A stretch of DNA of 39,794 nt from a virus. Numbering within the stretch: the stretch's first letter is position 1; every line of letters starts with the position of its first letter. The position numbers and the translations under genes are program-made. Below are positions 36,101 through 39,794 of the stretch, piece after piece. The stretch is from UHGV virus genome UHGV-0220445; one strand, written 5' to 3'. The notes under the pieces were generated by a model. That model saw only the letters and a program-made list of their open reading frames with translations. It was not told where the DNA came from and did no database searches.

Positions 36101-37864
36101 CGTGTTGAAGGCGATGCTGCAAACGCTAAACAACTGGAAGTGTTGCAGTCAACGGTAGAGGAAAGCTCCGCTGCCGTTGAAGAAATGAAAAAGACGGTTG
36201 CAGAGGTCGATCGTGCCAGTGCAGAACTGACTACGAACATTGAGGCGTTAGCCAAAACAAATATTGACCTGGCTCTTCGTCAAGATGAAGACCAGCACAA
36301 GCAGATGGTCAATAACGCGAAGATCGCAACAACACAGAAAACCTTTGCTGATGATATGTCTGCAATGGCCACGAAGGTTGAGGAAATTCGCGTAGAAATT
36401 GGCGAAGACATTAAGGCCAGTATTCTGGAAGAGTCCACCGCTCGTGCCGATGGCGATGAAGCGTTGGCAAAGCGTGTCACTCAGCTGCAATCTAAGTTTG
36501 AAGGAGATATCAGCGCGGCGATTAGTACAGAGCAGGAGGCTCGTACATCTGCCGATGAAGCTCTGACGACACAGATCACTCAGCTTGAGTCGAAAGTAAG
36601 CAACGATATCGTCGCAGCTATTAAGGAAGAGCAAGAAGCCCGAGCAACGGAAGATTCGGCTCTGGCAAGCCAGATCACCCAACTTCAGGCAAAGGTTGAT
36701 GATGATATTTCTGCTGCAATACGTAGTGAGCAGGAGGCCCGAGCAAGCGGGGACTCTGCGTTAGCCAAACAAATAAACCAGCTTCAGTCAAAGGTTGACG
36801 GTGATATATCCGCTGCCATCACTCAGGAGCAGGAGGCCAGAGCAAGTGCTGACCAGGCGCTCTCACGAGAAATTAACAGCCTGCGAGCACAAACCGGAAC
36901 TGATATTGCCGCAGCGGTTGCTGTAGAGACAAAAGCAAGGACTGATGCCGATAGTGCATTGTCTACCCAGATTACGTCTCTTACAGCAAAAGCTAATGAT
37001 CTCGAGGCGTCTCTTGCCAGAGAAACAACGGCTCGTGCAGATGGTGATACCGCTTTAACAAAAGAGGTTTCAAGTTTAAAAGCACAGACAGCGAAAGATA
37101 TTAGTGCGGCCGTTGCAGTTGAAACGCAGGCTCGAACTGATGCTGACTCGGCGTTGTCGTCTCAGATCACCAAGCTGACCTCTCAATACAAAGAGGATAT
37201 TAAAGCGGCTGTAGCAACCGAAACGAAAACGCGTACAGAGCAAGATGCTGCATTGGCGACTCAAATCACAAACTTAGAGTCTCAAACGGCAGCCAACATT
37301 TCCGCGGCGGTAACAACTGAAACGACAGCGAGAACGCAGGCAGATAATGCTCTGAGTGGGCGAATCGATACTCTGAAAGCAGAGGTGGATGGAAATACCG
37401 CGACAATTCAACAGCAGGCAACAGCTATTGCTGATACCAACAAAAAAGTATCAACCGCGTGGACGTTGAAAATGGAGACTTCAACGAGCGGAGGGCAGAA
37501 GTATGTTGCCGGTATTGCGCTTGGTATTGACACCACTGGGCTATCTCAGTTTTTGGTTCAGGCGGACAGGTTTGGTTTGGTCAACTCTGTTAACGGGAAG
37601 ATCACAACGCCATTTGTTATCGAAAACAGTATCGCCTATATGAATGGAGCGTATATCAAGGATGGCACAATCACCAATGCAAAAGTAGGCGATCTGCAAT
37701 CTACCAATTTTGTTAGCGGTAGATCTGGATGGCGGTTCGGCAAAAATGGAACGCTTGAGATCAACGGTAATAGCGGCGGCAATGGGCGATTGGTTATAAA
37801 TGGTCAGCGGATTGACGTTTATGACGATAACAACGTCCTACGAGTAAGAATTGGCCGTCTGTGA
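33137..37864 (+). CDS. Tail tip / central fibre protein (lambda gpJ-like, ~1575 aa) with C-terminal 35-aa tandem repeats
   Basis: N-terminal half resembles J-family sequence (NPAWILFDLLTNARYGLGQY); ORF track starts at TTG 33131, ATG 33137 follows SD aagga. Confidence 0.8.
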   Translation: MEQFKKKKLPLFIAGAGGKKSSKSSSRTPVEADDTVNSRAMAAILDLLGEGVIGGLVNGARSIFIDDLPIVNEDGSSNFSGITWDFRDGSQDQTPMSGFDFVETPKSVNIQLKKTHYVTVSIDNDEADRVRVIMKFPSLRSIDKKTGDTNGTTVEYKFQIANGDSTFVDVVAEGEKSVGIKLTAKKTGVYYRSYELKLPKPGRAYKVRVVRITDDNSSQYLYNDTWVDSIGEIVDTPMNYPNSVLVGLKVNSEQFGSTMPSRSYLVRGLKIRVPSNYNEASNTYDGVWDGTFKLLSSSNPAWILFDLLTNARYGLGQYVSESMIDLGQLYQIGRYCDEEVDDGFGGKEKRFAINTQITSRQDAYRLIQDIAGAFRGMVFWAGGMVNIMQDSPSDPVMMFTNSNVKDGLFTYKGSARKDRPSVALVTYNNKEDGYKQNIEYVEDQDAMRRYGERKTEVVAFGCTSRGQAHRVGLWLLYTARMESDVITFTAGLDASFLMPGETVLIQNKYRAGKRNSGRIVAFTKNSVTLDAPVSLAKGGCFIRILNQEGKIVERDVLETGENITKVTFSKALSSAETPVLNGVWTITEPDLEPMRVRIVNIAQGETPGSFDITAVENNPSKYEAIDNGATLIPQNTTVLDPTYSKPSNLQITEGTYLSSPGNLSVKLTATWEGKSPEYWISWRRSDENNVSNWQSARVTEEQYEIVNVAENGRYDFQLYAVSFNGKKTEIISAVYQVLGTMTPPDSPTSLTAVGDYRNVILNWVNPDSVDLDHINVYASQTNNLDTAKLIAESASTTFTHAGLGDSETWYYWVRASNKRGMLSPPNSNLGTEATTRDVLSFLTGKITSSELGQALLEDINSKASQEAVDELNEHINQSVESLEGAVNDVKEDIAELDKQFSDNLADFEIKFNERSDALENAQTELKGEVSATIDKVNEAFEKIDATDAAIVEIENTVSEHDKALANTVEAIKAARDEAAALIAKESEARVEGDAANAKQLEVLQSTVEESSAAVEEMKKTVAEVDRASAELTTNIEALAKTNIDLALRQDEDQHKQMVNNAKIATTQKTFADDMSAMATKVEEIRVEIGEDIKASILEESTARADGDEALAKRVTQLQSKFEGDISAAISTEQEARTSADEALTTQITQLESKVSNDIVAAIKEEQEARATEDSALASQITQLQAKVDDDISAAIRSEQEARASGDSALAKQINQLQSKVDGDISAAITQEQEARASADQALSREINSLRAQTGTDIAAAVAVETKARTDADSALSTQITSLTAKANDLEASLARETTARADGDTALTKEVSSLKAQTAKDISAAVAVETQARTDADSALSSQITKLTSQYKEDIKAAVATETKTRTEQDAALATQITNLESQTAANISAAVTTETTARTQADNALSGRIDTLKAEVDGNTATIQQQATAIADTNKKVSTAWTLKMETSTSGGQKYVAGIALGIDTTGLSQFLVQADRFGLVNSVNGKITTPFVIENSIAYMNGAYIKDGTITNAKVGDLQSTNFVSGRSGWRFGKNGTLEINGNSGGNGRLVINGQRIDVYDDNNVLRVRIGRL
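36400..37400 (+). repeat. About ten tandem ~105-bp (35-aa) coding repeats inside the J-like gene
   Basis: Repeating unit like EEQEARASADEALTTQITQLESKVSNDIVAAIK; DNA copies diverged. Confidence 0.75.
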
Positions 37865-37899
37865 TGGTGGAAAAAAATTTTTATATCGGTAAAAATAGG

Positions 37900-37913
37900 T
37901 AAGTATTTACTTA
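37900..37913. promoter_or_regulatory. Late-type palindrome TAAGTA-tt-TACTTA upstream of tail fibre gene
   Basis: Palindrome family. Confidence 0.45.
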
Positions 37914-37957
37914 ATGGCGGGCAAGGATAACCCGCCAAATCAAGGAGCATATTCAAC

Positions 37958-39676
37958 ATGTGGTACAGGGAAGGTACTATCACATTTACACAGGGTAGCA
38001 ATACTCTGGTTGGGGCAGGGACAGCCTGGAACGTAACAGCTAATGGTGTGTTGCCGGGGATGATCGTCATTGGCCCCGACAATAAGCTGTATGAGATCAA
38101 GCGCGTAATAAGCGATACGAATATTGTTCTCTCAGAACCTTATACCGGCGAAACTCAGTCTGAGGTTCCGTGCCGAATCATTACGACCTATGAAGGCGAC
38201 TTAACACAGTTTAGCGCGCGCTTTACAGCACTAATGTCGCGTATGTCGGCTGATTCCAAGTCTATGCGCAGTTGGTTGACTGCTCTGGATGAGGTGACAA
38301 TCGAGCGTGAAGACGGTACAGAAGTAACCGTTAAGCCGCTAATGCAGATCGTCAACGAGCACAACGAAAACGTTGAGTGGTATAAAAATAACACTGACGC
38401 GATTGATGCTGCTGGCGACAAAGCTCGTGAGGCGGCGGCCAGTGCTGCCGCAGCAGCAGAAAGCGCCAATACCGCTGGAGAAAAAGCCTCTCAAGCGTCT
38501 CAAAGTGCATCCGCTGCGGCATCCTCACAAAGTGCCGCAAGTGCGAGTGCAACTGCTGCGAAAAAATCTGAAACGAATGCCGCAGCGTCACAACAATCAG
38601 CAGCCACTTCTGCATCCACCGCGACCACGAAAGCGTCAGAAGCTGCCACCTCAGCCCGGGATGCGGCGGCCTCAAAAGAGGCAGCGAAATCATCAGAAAC
38701 GAACGCATCCTTGAGCGCCAGTAGCGCAGCTTCCTCGGCAACGGCGGCAGCAAATTCCGCGAAGGCGGCAAAAACGTCCGAGACGAACGCTAAGTCTTCT
38801 GAGACGGCAGCGGGACAGAGCGCCTCAGCTGCGGCAGGCTCAAAAACAGCGGCTGCGTCGTCTGCCAGTGCCGCGTCAACAAGTGCCGGGCAGGCCTCAG
38901 CCAGTGCCACCGCCGCCGGAAAATCGGCAGAAAGCGCCGCATCATCCGCTTCAACAGCCACAACGAAGGCTGGCGAAGCCACTGAACAGGCCAGCGCAGC
39001 AGCGAGGTCTGCTTCCGCAGCGAAGACATCCGAAACGAACGCGAAAGCGTCGGAAACCCGTGCAGAATCCTCAAAAACGGCAGCCGCATCGTCCGCCAGT
39101 TCGGCAGCGTCATCGGCATCATCGGCGTCTGCTTCAAAAGATGAGGCGACCAGACAGGCGTCAGCAGCGAAGAGCAGCGCCACGACGGCATCCACGAAGG
39201 CGACAGAGGCAGCTGGCAGTGCGACGGCGGCAGCTCAGAGCAAAAGTACGGCGGAATCCGCGGCAACGCGCGCCGAGACAGCAGCTAAACGGGCAGAGGA
39301 TATTGCATCCGCCGTGGCGCTTGAGGATGCAAGTACGACGAAAAAGGGGATAGTACAGCTCAGCAGTGCGACCAACAGCACATCTGAAACGCTTGCCGCG
39401 ACACCGAAGGCAGTTAAAGCAGCGAATGACAATGCGAATGGCAGGGTACCATCTAACCGAAAAGTTAACGGGAAAGCACTGACTGCGGATATAACATTAA
39501 CACCGAAAGATATTGGCACTTTAAATTCAGTAACGATCTCTTTCTCTGGCGGGGCAGGGTGGTTCAAACTGGCAACGGTTACCATGCCACAAGCGAGTTC
39601 CATCGTTTACATCGCATTGATTGGTGGCGCTGGTTACAACGTCGGCTCCCCACAGTGTTTACACCTGGAAGGTTAA
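37958..39676 (+). CDS. Side tail fibre protein (Stf-like) with Ala/Ser-rich repeats
   Basis: Repeats of KxSETNA/AAxSA and motif QLSSATNSTSETLAATPKAVKAA, which I recall from P2 gpH / Stf-family fibres. Confidence 0.75.
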   Translation: MWYREGTITFTQGSNTLVGAGTAWNVTANGVLPGMIVIGPDNKLYEIKRVISDTNIVLSEPYTGETQSEVPCRIITTYEGDLTQFSARFTALMSRMSADSKSMRSWLTALDEVTIEREDGTEVTVKPLMQIVNEHNENVEWYKNNTDAIDAAGDKAREAAASAAAAAESANTAGEKASQASQSASAAASSQSAASASATAAKKSETNAAASQQSAATSASTATTKASEAATSARDAAASKEAAKSSETNASLSASSAASSATAAANSAKAAKTSETNAKSSETAAGQSASAAAGSKTAAASSASAASTSAGQASASATAAGKSAESAASSASTATTKAGEATEQASAAARSASAAKTSETNAKASETRAESSKTAAASSASSAASSASSASASKDEATRQASAAKSSATTASTKATEAAGSATAAAQSKSTAESAATRAETAAKRAEDIASAVALEDASTTKKGIVQLSSATNSTSETLAATPKAVKAANDNANGRVPSNRKVNGKALTADITLTPKDIGTLNSVTISFSGGAGWFKLATVTMPQASSIVYIALIGGAGYNVGSPQCLHLEG

Positions 39677-39794
39677 TATTTGCAGAACCGTCGAAAACAA
39701 CTCCACCGATAGATCTTGCCGTCTGCAATTTCGTGGCTGTACTTGCATTACCATTCAATGAACCAGTTAATCCACCTGTAACAGACAACGGACC
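39579..39794 (-). CDS. Partial minus-strand ORF with tail-fibre-like motif, 5' end beyond window
   Basis: Translation SVTGGLTGSLNGNASTATKLQTARSIGGVVFDGSANINLPGVNT; overlaps 3' end of plus-strand fibre gene. Confidence 0.3.
   Translation of the reverse strand, partial: GPLSVTGGLTGSLNGNASTATKLQTARSIGGVVFDGSANINLPGVNTVGSRRCNQRHQSMRCKRWNSLVAW

Noticed and set aside
38352-39603. Stack of overlapping ORFs on both strands within the tail fibre gene
   Set aside because: Produced by the GC-rich Ala/Ser-coding repeats, which keep multiple frames open; only the 37958..39676 frame gives a coherent fibre-like protein.

Overview
This window reads as a tailed dsDNA phage (siphovirus-type) genome segment or prophage; all calls are from reading the sequence and ORF track by eye, with no database search, and hand-indexed motif coordinates may be off by 1-2 nt. 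Layout: (1) 1-7.5 kb, an early/accessory region of small plus-strand ORFs of unknown function with a shared promoter/leader motif, bounded by repeat-rich non-coding DNA (nested perfect inverted repeats at 1-694, an ~800-bp A+C-rich tract, two iteron-like arrays); (2) 7.5-12.1 kb, a minus-strand block with two tandem paralogous small genes, a signal-peptide protein and an SF2 helicase; (3) 12.2-15.4 kb, a translationally coupled operon of two ParB-like proteins, an ABC-type ATPase and a GNAT-like protein, which I cannot match to a described system and rank as the best candidate for something new; (4) 15.6-39.7 kb, packaging, head and lambda-like tail genes (terminase small/large, portal, scaffold, major capsid, Ig-like protein, major tail, G/T chaperone, 1530-aa tape measure, M/L/K/I/J-like proteins, side tail fibre). 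No integrase, repressor, lysis genes, tRNA or CRISPR array were recognised.
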